A DNA stretch of 32,000 nt from Candidatus Saccharimonadota bacterium (GTDB lineage: Bacteria; Pseudomonadota; Alphaproteobacteria; Rickettsiales; Anaplasmataceae). The position numbers were made by a program, and so were the translations under genes. A model generated the notes under the pieces. That model saw only the letters and a program-made list of their open reading frames with translations, was not told where the DNA came from and ran no database searches. Shown here one piece after another: positions 1 through 10,567 of the stretch (within the stretch, counting starts at the first letter, position 1; every line of letters starts with the position of its first letter). The DNA lies in NCBI RefSeq assembly GCF_013365495.1, contig NZ_CP046580.1, positions 570,001 through 602,000 on the forward strand, in the 5' to 3' direction.

Positions 1-1166
1 TACAATCAGAACTAAAAACTGAAAATAGAAAATTTATCGTAAAAGTAGATCTATATTGATTATCATTATAAAATCATCTGAGTAACTTTTAATATTCATG
101 CTATCATTGTAATAATTAAGTAATAATAAAAAAATTTATATAGTGAACTAGGTATGTATAATCCCTCCAATAAATTTAAGATAGGTAGTATATCATAAGA
201 TTAATTCATCTGAAATAAGTGATAAATCTTAAGTGTGATGCTTTTTCTATTTTATAAAATGAGAATAATTGAGGGGCTTTAATTTTTTGACTGATACTAA
301 TCAACAATCTTACCATCTCTTTTTTTAAATAAAAAAAATTAAATGCTTTATTTTTATAGTAATGAAATGATAAATAATCGATATGAAGTAGATAATTTTA
401 CCCATAAGTAAATGATATAGAAAACTAAAGTGCCAGACAAGCAAAGTATATAAAATTTAGTGATGAAATACCCAAACTAACCCTAATATTAGCCTTTAGG
501 GACTAGTATATATGTTCTGATATGAAGTGAACTTTTTAACTTATTTAAGTATCTTATTGTGAAATTATAAATTATTCAAATTAAGCAAGGTATTTATGAA
601 ACCCAATTTAAGCTAGTTCTAAAAAAATCATACAAGCAACATTATAATTATAATATAAATACATCTATAACTTTTATAAAATAACTTTACATAGTTAACA
701 TGAATTAAAAATGATTTAAAAAAAACTACATTACAAAGTCAACAAATAAACATAAAATATCTTTTTAGGAAACGCTTATTATTACATAAAAATATAAAAA
801 ATAGATGAAAACTTAGCAATAGAAAAAACGGTACAAATTAATACCCCGTATAAAAAAATAAATATAGTCTCAGCATATTAAGTCAATAATAAAATAATAA
901 CTTGGTAAAAGCCAAAATTCTCCTCAACAAATAGAAAAAATTAAATACAAAACAAAGCAAAAAAATTTTATATCTAATCAGCAATACACTATTGTAATTA
1001 CCCATTTACCCATTATAAAATAATTTACTAACTGCTGTAATAATTTTATCTATACTAAATCATAAAAACAAAAAGTAAAATTAAATACAAATCAAAAAAT
1101 AAGTATAAACTTTATGATTCAAAAGATTAGAAAAGTGCTACAATATGTAACATATTAAAATCTAAT

Positions 1167-3845
1167 TTATCTAATATATTTAGACTTAACACTAAACTGC
1201 GCTGCTACTAATTTTGCCAGCGGTACTCTGTAAGGTGAACATGAAACATAATCCACCCCTGATTTAATAAAAAATTCTATAGATTGCGGATCTGCACCAT
1301 GTTCTCCACATACACCAACCTTAATTTCTTTTCGCATTTTCTTACCTTTCTCAGTAGCTATTTTGATTAATTCTCCTACTCCTTCAATATCAAGCACTTT
1401 GAATGGATCATCTTTAAATATATTGTTTTCTTTATAAGAATCAAGAAAATTTACTGAATCATCCCTTGAAAGTCCCATGGTAGTTTGCGTTAAATCATTA
1501 GTACCAAAACTAAAAAACTCTGCATGCTGCGCTAATTTATCAGCAATCAATGCTGCCCGTGGTAACTCTATCATTGTTCCAATTGAATAAGCTTTATCTT
1601 TTTTACCTAGTAACATTTTAGTACATGATGCTGGAACCTGTGTCTCAATTTCAGCTAAAAGAATAGAAAATTCTTTTTTTATTAACTCACATATCAAAAT
1701 AAATTCTCTCTCATCCATAATAAAAGGAATCATAATTTCAGGCATAACTTTTACCTCTTTTTCTTCTCTTAGTTCATTTACAGCATTAAATATTGCCCTA
1801 ATTTGCATACTGTATATTTCAGGATGAGAAATAGCAAGTCTACAGCCTCGATGACCAAGCATCGGATTCTTTTCTGATAATTGTGTTATTTTATTTCTTA
1901 CTGCCTCAACAGGCTTATTCATTGATTTAGCAATTCTTTCTATAACAGATTGATCACTAGGCAAAAATTCATGTAGAGGTGGATCAAACAAACGTATAGT
2001 TATTTCCCTGCCTTCCATAATAGAAAATATTTTTTTAAAATCAGACTTCTGCATTTCTTCTAATTTGTTTAGTACACCTACTCTTTCGTTTTTGTCATCA
2101 GCTATTATTAATTTTTGAATAAACTCGATCCTATCATGAACAAAAAACATATGCTCAGTACGGCATAAGCCTATACCTTCTGCGCCAAACTCTTTAGCAA
2201 TCTTTGCATCCTTTGGAGTATCAGCATTTGCTCTTATTTTAATCGTTTTAATCCCATCTACCCAATTAATTATTGTCTTAAATTCTTGTGATAATCCAGG
2301 TAAAATTGTAGGGAGAATGCCAAGCATTATTTCTCCTGTTCCTCCATTAATAGTAATTGGTTCACCCTTATTTACTTTTATATTTCCTACAGAAAAAAAA
2401 TTTCCACCTTTATCTAAACAAAGTCCATTTACACTACAAATACATGGTTTTCCCATCCCTCTTGTCACAACAGCAGCATGTGAAGTTATACCTCCTCGTG
2501 CTGTTATTATTCCATTTGCAGCATTCATCCCATTAATATCTTCAGAACTTGTTTCTAATCTCACCAAAATTACCTTTTTACCCTGCTCTACAGCTTCCTC
2601 TGCATCCTTTACATTAAACACCACATATCCTGAAGCAACACCTGGAGAAGCTGCTAGTCCCTTTCCTATTACTTTTTGATCACTTCCAATATCAAGAACC
2701 GGATGTAACAAATTATCAAGAATTTTTGGATTAATTCTCAATATTCCTTCTCCTTTTGTAATTACTCCTTCGCTTACCATATCAACTACTATACGAATAG
2801 TAGCTTCAGCCGTACGTTTACCAGACCTAGTCTGTAAAATCCATAATTTACCATCTTGCACAGTAAATTCAACGTCTTGCATATCTTTATAATGCACCTC
2901 AAGTTTTTTACATACATCACATAACTCTTGGTATACGTTTGGCATCAATTTTTCCATAGTATTTTCTTGCTCTCCATTAATTGACATAGGAGTATAAATA
3001 CCAGAAACTACATCTTCTCCCTGAGCATTGATCAAGAATTCACCGAAAAGTTTCTTTACTCCAGTCAAAGGATCACGTGTAAATACTACACCAGCTGCAG
3101 AATTGTTGTTCAAATTACCAAAAACCATTACTTGTACATTAACTGCAGTTCCAAAAGCTTCAGGAATATTATTTATCCTTCTATAGGAAATAGCCCTATC
3201 ATTTTGCCAAGAAGAAAACACTGCATTCACTGAACTGAATAACTGTTCTCCAACACTCTGTGGAAAGTATTTTCCAGTTCTTTCATATACTATTTTTTTA
3301 AAAATACTAATAATATTCTTTAAAACATCAATATGAAAATCAGCTAAATTTTTTACTCCTCGCTTTTGTCGTTCATTATCAATAACACTCTGAAACAAGC
3401 GATAGTCAATCTGTAATACAACACTTGAATACATCATAATAAAACGGCAGTAGCTATCGTAAGCAAAACGTTCTCCACTTTTTTTTGCAAGTCCGATAAC
3501 AGTTGTGTCATTTAACCCAACATTTAAAATTGTATCAAGCATGCCAGGCATTGAACTTACACTACCAGAACGTATAGAAACAAGCAAAGGATTATCTGAA
3601 TCTCCAAATTTACAATTAACATCACTTCCGAGCATCACCATATATCTTTCGATTTCATCACACAAATCACCAGATAGTCCATATTTACTACATGCAAAGG
3701 TGGAAATTGTAAAGCCAGGAGGAACGGGAATACCAACATTACACATTTCCGCTAAATTTGCACCTTTACCCCCTAACAAATTTTTCATTTCTGCATTACC
3801 TTCACATTTGTCTTGACTAAAGTAATATATTAACTTTCCTTTCAT
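1167..3845 (-). CDS. ppdK: Pyruvate, phosphate dikinase
   Basis: 892-aa ORF. It has the N-terminal ATP-grasp motif GGKGANLAEM, the phosphohistidine swivel motif GGITSHAAVVTRGMGKPC, and the C-terminal PEP-utilizing motifs GLCRTEHMF and FSFGTNDLTQ. Confidence 0.97.
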   Translation of the reverse strand: MKGKLIYYFSQDKCEGNAEMKNLLGGKGANLAEMCNVGIPVPPGFTISTFACSKYGLSGDLCDEIERYMVMLGSDVNCKFGDSDNPLLVSIRSGSVSSMPGMLDTILNVGLNDTTVIGLAKKSGERFAYDSYCRFIMMYSSVVLQIDYRLFQSVIDNERQKRGVKNLADFHIDVLKNIISIFKKIVYERTGKYFPQSVGEQLFSSVNAVFSSWQNDRAISYRRINNIPEAFGTAVNVQVMVFGNLNNNSAAGVVFTRDPLTGVKKLFGEFLINAQGEDVVSGIYTPMSINGEQENTMEKLMPNVYQELCDVCKKLEVHYKDMQDVEFTVQDGKLWILQTRSGKRTAEATIRIVVDMVSEGVITKGEGILRINPKILDNLLHPVLDIGSDQKVIGKGLAASPGVASGYVVFNVKDAEEAVEQGKKVILVRLETSSEDINGMNAANGIITARGGITSHAAVVTRGMGKPCICSVNGLCLDKGGNFFSVGNIKVNKGEPITINGGTGEIMLGILPTILPGLSQEFKTIINWVDGIKTIKIRANADTPKDAKIAKEFGAEGIGLCRTEHMFFVHDRIEFIQKLIIADDKNERVGVLNKLEEMQKSDFKKIFSIMEGREITIRLFDPPLHEFLPSDQSVIERIAKSMNKPVEAVRNKITQLSEKNPMLGHRGCRLAISHPEIYSMQIRAIFNAVNELREEKEVKVMPEIMIPFIMDEREFILICELIKKEFSILLAEIETQVPASCTKMLLGKKDKAYSIGTMIELPRAALIADKLAQHAEFFSFGTNDLTQTTMGLSRDDSVNFLDSYKENNIFKDDPFKVLDIEGVGELIKIATEKGKKMRKEIKVGVCGEHGADPQSIEFFIKSGVDYVSCSPYRVPLAKLVAAQFSVKSKYIR

Positions 3846-4653
3846 TAGATCTTACTATAAATACATTATTTATATGGTTCCACAAACCCACCAGACTAAA
3901 AACATAGGGTAATAAATTTTATAAAATTTAGCAATAAAGTTTCTACTACATGTAGTAAGTTAAACAATAAATCATCATTAATTAGTAATTAATATGCCGA
4001 GTATATTAAATTTTTTTTATATAACACCCTTTCAAAATTCTGAATATCAATAACTATCTATATATCTAGTAAGAAAACACTTAACTCTAAAAAGATAAAA
4101 ATATACCATTCATTTTTTAAAATAGAGTTTTATCTTTTTCGATTTAGTTTCTTATATCACTAAATAATTAACCTGAAATTCAGAAAAAACAGATAAATAC
4201 ATCGCAGTGTGGTTACTTTCATGATCCATTCGTTAGCAAATAATCTTGCAAAATAAATACATTATATATGATAATAACTGTAAAAGTTTTTTTTATTCAT
4301 AAAGCTTGCAGTACACTTTAATAATATTAAAAAACTACACAGAAATTAATTATATCAATCCCCTAATGAAAAATCACTGCCATTAATTCTACAGTAAAGC
4401 TAAAACACCAAGCAATTTCTTATCAAATTTAGTTCACTTTATCTTTCTATCTTTCTAATTAAACCTAATTACACATACTCATAATTCTATTCTACTATAT
4501 ATAAAAGGCCTTTAAATAATTTTTTACTTATCACCCTAATATATTTAGAATCTAAAAAAACTCAATTTTACTAAAATGAGCATATAATTCAAGAAGAAGA
4601 TTACAATTACACACAACAATTTAATACATGAACATTGATTCCAAAACTTTCCA

Positions 4654-5631
4654 TTAAACACGATGAAGAAAATCGTTTATAATCGCCATAGTAACCAGCG
4701 TTGAAATGTAACATGCTTTATAACTTAATGAATAACATCTTCTATCTGACTTTACAATAAGTGCTTCTGGATAATTTTGAAAGAAAATATTACCATGCTT
4801 ATCTTCAATAGCTTCTATTACTCCATTACTGGAAAATGCTGCAACTTTATATCCAAGTAATTCTAACTTTCTTCTATTTTTAAACGTATTACTTACCACC
4901 CTTGAACAAACACTTGGAACACAAGTTGAAAACCAACCATTTTTATCAGATGGCAAAAATTTAGCAACTATTTTTGCTAAGTAGCTATTTGGAATAATTT
5001 TTATCTGCTGCAGAGGTACATTTTCCTGCTGTTGATCAGATGCAAATCCTAAATAAAGCTTTTGCTTCCTTTCATCATTTATAAAATTTACTACATTTAA
5101 TATTTCAATTCCTTTCATATCCATAATCTCTTGTAAACTGCCACATATACCAAGTAAGTGAATTGCGGGATTGTTATCTACTATTTTTATAATTGCTTCG
5201 ATAATAAGCTGGCGCCAAGAAATAGGATCAAATAATCCTGAATATAAACTACAATAATTTCCTAAAATAAATATCCTATTTATTTTAAACTCTTTAATGA
5301 ACTTTGCAACTTCAACTTTTGTTCTATCCAATATTAGCTTTCTTGCTAAAATTTTATCTTGCTCTGCAAGAGCAAGTAACTCTGCCTGAATTTCTTTAAG
5401 GCTTATTATTTTATTATAATCAATTAACACAGTCCTAATTTTCCAATTATTAAATATTTCATAGAATTTCTTAGACAAATCAGCTTCACATGGATATATC
5501 TCTTTCTCTGCTTCTAATAAACCAACAACTATTTCATCTATTGAATGCAGCAAACTTCTATTAGTGCTTGTATGAGCAACACTACTGAATAATAAAATTA
5601 TACTAAATAAAATAAACATTTCATATAACAT
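4654..5631 (-). CDS. Class I glutamine amidotransferase-like / peptidase C26 (PuuD-like) family protein with N-terminal signal-peptide-like segment
   Basis: 325-aa ORF. LLGICGSLQEI matches the GATase1 nucleophile elbow (G-I-C-x-G-x-Q-E). GYKVAAFSSNGVIEAIEDKHGNIFFQNYPE aligns by eye to the C26 C-terminal block (...DG-x-VEA...GVQWHPE). The N-terminus MLYEMFILFSIILLFSSVAHTS is hydrophobic like a Sec signal. Family assignment is by eye only. Confidence 0.6.
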   Translation of the reverse strand: MLYEMFILFSIILLFSSVAHTSTNRSLLHSIDEIVVGLLEAEKEIYPCEADLSKKFYEIFNNWKIRTVLIDYNKIISLKEIQAELLALAEQDKILARKLILDRTKVEVAKFIKEFKINRIFILGNYCSLYSGLFDPISWRQLIIEAIIKIVDNNPAIHLLGICGSLQEIMDMKGIEILNVVNFINDERKQKLYLGFASDQQQENVPLQQIKIIPNSYLAKIVAKFLPSDKNGWFSTCVPSVCSRVVSNTFKNRRKLELLGYKVAAFSSNGVIEAIEDKHGNIFFQNYPEALIVKSDRRCYSLSYKACYISTLVTMAIINDFLHRV

Positions 5632-5730
5632 TGATATATCATGCCCACAATTTATAGCTATATAAATGCATAATATACTAGAATAGTAGGTAAAAAGAAA
5701 AGTTTAAATTTATAAAATAAAAAAAAGGTG

Positions 5731-5803
5731 TGGCCTGAGCAGGAATCGAACCAGCGACACAAGGATTTTCAGTCCTTTGCTCTACCAACTGAGCTACCAG
5801 GCC
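5731..5803 (-). tRNA. tRNA-Phe (anticodon GAA)
   Basis: The reverse complement folds as a cloverleaf: acceptor GGCCTGG/TCAGGCC, D-arm GCTC-AGTTGGTA-GAGC, anticodon stem AAGGA/TCCTT with loop CTGAAAA, and T-loop TTCGATT. There is one U-U mismatch in the T-stem. CCA is not encoded. Confidence 0.93.
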
Positions 5804-5883
5804 AACTGTATACTTTCATACTTAGACAAAAAATGTTATCATGTCCATTAAAAGTTTGAAAAGCATTTTCATAAAAATAAAGA

Positions 5884-6396
5884 GTGGATATTGATAACAG
5901 AATAGGAATTTATCCAGGTACATTTGACCCTATAACTTTTGGACATATTGATATAATAAAAAGAGCATGTAAATTAGTTAATAAATTAATAATTGGTATT
6001 GCAGAAAATACCAATAAGTACACTACTTTTAATGCAAAATTACGCACAAGTATGGCTAAAAATGAAATTAGAAAGTTAGGAATTAGTGCAGATGTTATAT
6101 CTTTTAATGGATTATTAATGAAATTTGCAAAGGAGCAAAATGCTTCTGTTATTATTAGAGGACTCAGAGCAGTATCAGATTTCGATTATGAATTTCAAAT
6201 GAGTTGGATAAATTACAAACTTCTTCCTGAAATTGAAACTATATTTCTTCCTGCCTCTGAAAATACTCAATTCATTTCATCAAGTTTCGTAAAAGAAATA
6301 GCAAGATTGGGAGAAAGTGTTAGTAAGTTCGCTCCAGAGAGCGTTCAAAAAGAATTAATTAACTTAAATATAAAAAGAAGTAAAAGCAAAGAATAA
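5884..6396 (+). CDS. coaD: Phosphopantetheine adenylyltransferase
   Basis: 170-aa ORF with the nucleotidyltransferase motif YPGTFDPITFGHIDII. The start is GTG, the first start codon after an in-frame TAA at 5878-5880. Confidence 0.93.
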   Translation: MDIDNRIGIYPGTFDPITFGHIDIIKRACKLVNKLIIGIAENTNKYTTFNAKLRTSMAKNEIRKLGISADVISFNGLLMKFAKEQNASVIIRGLRAVSDFDYEFQMSWINYKLLPEIETIFLPASENTQFISSSFVKEIARLGESVSKFAPESVQKELINLNIKRSKSKE

Positions 6397-6457
6397 TATC
6401 TATTTTCTACTTTCAAATATATTTAAGACAAAAAATATTATAAACTATAAGGAAAAT

Positions 6458-6670
6458 ATGTCAGAAGTCAGAAATAATAGTATAATAATTTACTGCTGTG
6501 GCTGTGAGGATGATGATGAATATTTTGGTCATCCACTAATATATTTATACAAAGAAAAAGGAAAAAAAACATTTTGTCCTTATTGTAACAAGATAATGAA
6601 TAAAGCACTCAAATCTAAAAAATCTAAACTCGTTAATAAGCACATCTTATCAACAAACAAAAAACGATAA
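6458..6670 (+). CDS. Small zinc-finger (zf-CHCC type) domain protein
   Basis: 70-aa ORF with the pattern C-C-G-C...GHPLIYL...CPYC, typical of alphaproteobacterial/NDUFS6-like zf-CHCC proteins. The C-terminal tail is Lys-rich. Confidence 0.75.
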   Translation: MSEVRNNSIIIYCCGCEDDDEYFGHPLIYLYKEKGKKTFCPYCNKIMNKALKSKKSKLVNKHILSTNKKR

Positions 6671-6709
6671 AAAGCTATTGATATAGACTTTTAGTATTTC
6701 TTAAAGTTA

Positions 6710-7357
6710 CTAACTGACATAAATAGCAATAAAAGGAGCAGTAAAAATAAAGCTATCCATACGATCCAATACCCCTCCATGACCAGGTATCATACCTCCA
6801 CTATTTTTAACATTGTAAACTCTTTTAATAAGTGATTCAGTAAAATCTCCAAGCTGTGCTAGAATAGCAACTACAATTCCAATCATTGGAGAATAAAAAA
6901 TTGAAAATAGACTTAAAAATACTGACCCAAAAACTGTACATATTATTCCAATCAAGATTGCACCAAAAAGCCCTGACCAAGTTTTTCTAGGACTAATAAT
7001 TGGAAAAACTTTAGCTCCACCAAAATTTTTACCAAATAAATATGCCGCAATATCAATATTCCAAATAGTTAAGATGAGCCATATTAATACATATTTTCCT
7101 TGTGGAAGATTATATAAGTATATTAATGAAGCATTTGGTAGTGCAATCAATAATAAAGCAAAAATATATAAGATTTTGTTGCCTTGAGTGAGATTATACC
7201 ATTCAAAAGAAGATAGAACTGCTATTGAAAAAATCAGTAAATAAAACGATAAATCATTGAAATATATAGCAAAAGAAAATACAAGCAATATTATTGCTGA
7301 AGATAATATTCTCACTATAAAATTATTATCTGCCATATTTTTTTTCTCTTCTCGCAT
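6710..7357 (-). CDS. cdsA: Phosphatidate cytidylyltransferase (CDP-diglyceride synthase)
   Basis: 215-aa polytopic membrane ORF with the CdsA signature SLIKRVYNVKNSGGMIPGHGGVLDRMDS. It lies immediately downstream of uppS, as in many bacteria. The start could instead be the internal Met at MADNNF. Confidence 0.9.
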   Translation of the reverse strand: MREEKKNMADNNFIVRILSSAIILLVFSFAIYFNDLSFYLLIFSIAVLSSFEWYNLTQGNKILYIFALLLIALPNASLIYLYNLPQGKYVLIWLILTIWNIDIAAYLFGKNFGGAKVFPIISPRKTWSGLFGAILIGIICTVFGSVFLSLFSIFYSPMIGIVVAILAQLGDFTESLIKRVYNVKNSGGMIPGHGGVLDRMDSFIFTAPFIAIYVS

Positions 7358-8021
7358 AATCTTCTAATGCTATACTCAAATCTTGACAAGAAAAATCAGG
7401 CCATAAAGTATCACAAAAATATAATTCAGCGTAAGCTGCTTGCCATAATAGAAAGTTACTTAACCTTTTTTCACCACCAGTACGAATTAACAAGTCTAAT
7501 TTAGGCAGGTCTTTAGTATATAAAAATTTTTCAAATCTATCTTCTGATATAAAATGAATATTCTCTTTTATAAGATTGCTTACAGCATGTATAATTTCTT
7601 GCTTTGCTCCATAGCTAACCGCTACAGTCAGTAATAAACCATCATTCTTACACGTCATTTTTTCTACCTTTTTTATTTGATCAAATATTTTTTGAGGCAA
7701 CAAATTCAAATTTCCAACAAAATTTAATTTAATATCATAGTTACAAATAAAATTAACTTTATCCTCATCAGTTAGAGCAAAGTAAAACAAATCAAATATA
7801 CAATCGATTTCTTCTCTAGGCCTGAGCCAATTTTCCATAGAAAATGCATATAAAGTTAAACATGGTATGGTTAAAGTTATACAATACTTAACAATATCAT
7901 ATACAACTTCACTACCCTTTCTATAACCATCAATTTTTATCCTACCATGCTTATTTGCCCATCTACCATTACCATCCATTATGATTGCTAAATGTTTAGG
8001 CAGAGATTCTAGATTTAACAT
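7326..8021 (-). CDS. uppS: Undecaprenyl (isoprenyl) diphosphate synthase
   Basis: 231-aa ORF with the cis-prenyltransferase motifs HLAIIMDGNGRWA and RTGGEKRLSNFLLWQAAYAE. Its 3' end overlaps the cdsA start. Confidence 0.95.
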   Translation of the reverse strand: MLNLESLPKHLAIIMDGNGRWANKHGRIKIDGYRKGSEVVYDIVKYCITLTIPCLTLYAFSMENWLRPREEIDCIFDLFYFALTDEDKVNFICNYDIKLNFVGNLNLLPQKIFDQIKKVEKMTCKNDGLLLTVAVSYGAKQEIIHAVSNLIKENIHFISEDRFEKFLYTKDLPKLDLLIRTGGEKRLSNFLLWQAAYAELYFCDTLWPDFSCQDLSIALEDYARREKKYGR

Positions 8022-8379
8022 TTGAACTCAAGTCAGGTTGTTTTTTGATTTAAATAAAATTTTTCAAATTTTAGCTGACGTCTAAAAAGAGTCACACAAT
8101 ACCTTGATACGAGAACAAAAAAAAACTTAATTATAATTAATAGGCATACTAAATTAATCATCAAAAGCAGCCATCCTTTATATTATAACACAATATTTTC
8201 AATGAAGTTACATTAATCAAAAGCTAAGTTCCACCACACCGTAAAATACCAATACTACTACTGTAGCAAAATTACCCTCAAGGTATAACATCCATAATAG
8301 TTATACATCAACTATCCACATAAAATACTCAAAAGCAATGTATTTGCTTATAACTAACGGTCTTTACTGTATTAATCAC

Positions 8380-8937
8380 CTAACGATATAATATTTCCTT
8401 TTCCTTAGTAGATAATTCACTATTAATCCTTTTAATACTATCATCAGTAATGCTTTGTATTTGCTTTTTAATATCATGAAAATCATCTTGTGAAATTTCT
8501 TTATTTTCCTGCATTTTTTCCATTTTTTCCATAACATTCCTACGTATATTTCTAATAGCAATACGTGCATTTTCAGCAAACTGATATAACAATTTTACTA
8601 ATCTTTCACGGGTCTCTTGTGTCAAATCAGGAAGAGCTATACGTATAACACTACCTTCGACAATAAGATTTAAATTTAAATTAGCATTTAATATAGCATC
8701 TTTTACTTTACCTATAATATCAATATCCCAAACTTTAATCAATAAAGTTTTACTATCTGTAACTGAAATACCTGCAACTTGATTTAACTTTTGATGCCCA
8801 TTATAGATATTTACTACTATGCCATCTAGTAATGATACATTAGCTCTACCAGTACGTATACCTTTAATATCATTAAAAAATGACTGAATAGTTTTTAACA
8901 TCCTTTCTTCCGTCTGAATTTTTACTTCATTTAACAT
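8380..8937 (-). CDS. frr: Ribosome recycling factor
   Basis: 185-aa ORF of typical Frr length and sequence (IRTGRANVSLLD, IRIALPDLTQETRE, IAIRNIRR). It follows pyrH in the conserved tsf-pyrH-frr order. Confidence 0.96.
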   Translation of the reverse strand: MLNEVKIQTEERMLKTIQSFFNDIKGIRTGRANVSLLDGIVVNIYNGHQKLNQVAGISVTDSKTLLIKVWDIDIIGKVKDAILNANLNLNLIVEGSVIRIALPDLTQETRERLVKLLYQFAENARIAIRNIRRNVMEKMEKMQENKEISQDDFHDIKKQIQSITDDSIKRINSELSTKEKEILYR

Positions 8938-8944
8938 AAATTAT

Positions 8945-9688
8945 CTATCGTTGACAATCAGAAACTATAGTATAAGTACCAAAACCCTTAATAACATTAG
9001 CTATTTTTTCCCTTTTTAGAGAAAAAACTATAATTGGAATAGAATTATCACGTGCAAGAGAGACAGCTGATGCATCCATAACCTTCAAATCACGTGTTAA
9101 TAAATCTGTATAAGAAAGTTTATCATACATTATAGCATCTTTATTTTCTCCTGGATCAGAAGAGTATACACCATTCACTTGAGTACCTTTTAAAATAACC
9201 TCACAATTTGTCTCAATAGCACGTAAGGCCGCAGCTGTATCCGTAGTAAAAAATGGATTTCCAATACCAGCTGCAAAAATCACTACTCTACCTTTTTCTA
9301 AATGATTAATAGCTTTTTCCCTTATATAAGGCTCACATATGGTGGCCATAGGTATTGCAGATAATACTCTAGAATCTACCGATTTCTTTTCCAAAAAGTT
9401 TCGCAAAATTAAAGCATTAATTACAGTTGCAAGCATTCCAATATGATCACTTTTTGCTCTTTCACAACTGCTTAAAGAAGCAGATACACCACGAAAAATA
9501 TTTCCCCCACCAACAACAATACATACCTGAACTCCAAGTTCGTAAACATCAACTACACCTTTACATAACCTATCTATTACTTCCATGTCATGACCAAAAG
9601 ATCTAGATCCCATCAAAGCTTCACCAGAAATTTTAAACAACACTCTAGAATACTTTACTTTACTTTTTCTATTTGTTGCAGCAGCCAC
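8945..9688 (-). CDS. pyrH: UMP kinase
   Basis: 247-aa ORF with the motifs [20 protein letters not shown] and [10 protein letters not shown]. Confidence 0.96.
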   Translation of the reverse strand: MAAATNRKSKVKYSRVLFKISGEALMGSRSFGHDMEVIDRLCKGVVDVYELGVQVCIVVGGGNIFRGVSASLSSCERAKSDHIGMLATVINALILRNFLEKKSVDSRVLSAIPMATICEPYIREKAINHLEKGRVVIFAAGIGNPFFTTDTAAALRAIETNCEVILKGTQVNGVYSSDPGENKDAIMYDKLSYTDLLTRDLKVMDASAVSLARDNSIPIIVFSLKREKIANVIKGFGTYTIVSDCQR

Positions 9689-9697
9689 TTCTACTAC

Positions 9698-10567
9698 TTA
9701 ACTTTCACTACCCAAAATGAGCAACTTATAATCAGATAATTTTATAGAAGAATTTACACTCAATTCACTTAATTTTAAAAAATCAGAAATCTTTATCTTA
9801 TTATCTTTAATAAATTTCTGCTCTAATAAAACAACTTCTTCATAATACTTAGTCATTAGACTATCTACTATTTTCTTTGTAACTTTTTCAGGCTTACTTA
9901 AGCTACTTACTTGTTTTTCAACTACAGAACGCTCATTATTCAACTTTATATAATCTAAATCATCTATAGAAAGAACCTCAGGTTTCATAGCAACTACATG
10001 CATTGCTATTTGCTTTCCAATTTCCTGTAACTTTAACTGATCACCTGATGACTGCAATGCAACCAAGGCTCCAATTTTACCTAAATCACACATATCACCA
10101 TGCACATAACCAGCAACAATCCCATCCTCAATTTCTAAGTAACAAAGCTTACTTAACTCCATTCTTTCACCAAGAATAAATGCATTACTTATAATAGCTT
10201 CTTGCACAGTACCAACACCTTCATACTTAGCATTTTTCAAATCTCGAATACTAGTACAGCGTTTTTGATAAGCGATTGATACTAAGTTTAAAATCAACTT
10301 AATAAATTTTTCATTTCTTGCAACAAAATCAGTTTCACAATTCAGTTCAACTAATACACCACGATTTTTATTTAAATACATGCTAATTAAACCATTTGAG
10401 ATTACCCTATCAACTTTTTTATCAGCTTTAGTAAACCCTACCATACGTAACTTATCAATAGCCTTTTTAATATCACCATCACACTCTACTAACGCTCTCT
10501 TACAATCACTTAAACCAAATCCTGTTCTATCACGCAATTCCCTTATTCTATCTAAATTCATTTTCAT
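9698..10567 (-). CDS. tsf: Elongation factor Ts
   Basis: 289-aa ORF with the N-terminal UBA-like motif [19 protein letters not shown]. It follows rpsB, and its start overlaps the rpsB stop by 20 nt. Confidence 0.96.
   Translation of the reverse strand: MKMNLDRIRELRDRTGFGLSDCKRALVECDGDIKKAIDKLRMVGFTKADKKVDRVISNGLISMYLNKNRGVLVELNCETDFVARNEKFIKLILNLVSIAYQKRCTSIRDLKNAKYEGVGTVQEAIISNAFILGERMELSKLCYLEIEDGIVAGYVHGDMCDLGKIGALVALQSSGDQLKLQEIGKQIAMHVVAMKPEVLSIDDLDYIKLNNERSVVEKQVSSLSKPEKVTKKIVDSLMTKYYEEVVLLEQKFIKDNKIKISDFLKLSELSVNSSIKLSDYKLLILGSES

Noticed and set aside
3944-3957. A perfect 14-bp palindrome TACTACATGTAGTA about 100 bp upstream of ppdK, and a 12-bp palindrome AGCTGTACAGCT at 17816-17827. 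Both were considered as operator sites.
   Set aside because: Short perfect palindromes of this size are expected several times by chance in about 8 kb of AT-rich spacer. Neither has a repeated copy or an associated regulator gene in the window.
4441-4456. A tandem duplication of the 8-mer ATCTTTCT. I also noted a 15-mer AAAATTAAATACAAA occurring twice (937-951 and 1077-1091) and similar short shared strings between spacers.
   Set aside because: These are two-copy, low-complexity, A/T-rich matches at chance level for this composition. I saw no higher-order tandem array, CRISPR-like spacing or terminal inverted repeats.
8182-8190. An extended -10-like TGTTATAAT on the minus strand in the frr-uppS spacer.
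   Set aside because: There is no -35 match (TAACTT), it lies 160 nt upstream of the uppS start, and such A/T strings are abundant here.
8376-8579. A 67-aa same-strand ORF in an alternative frame inside frr.
   Set aside because: It is completely contained in the well-supported frr gene, and its Lys/Leu-rich sequence has no motif. It is an out-of-frame artefact.
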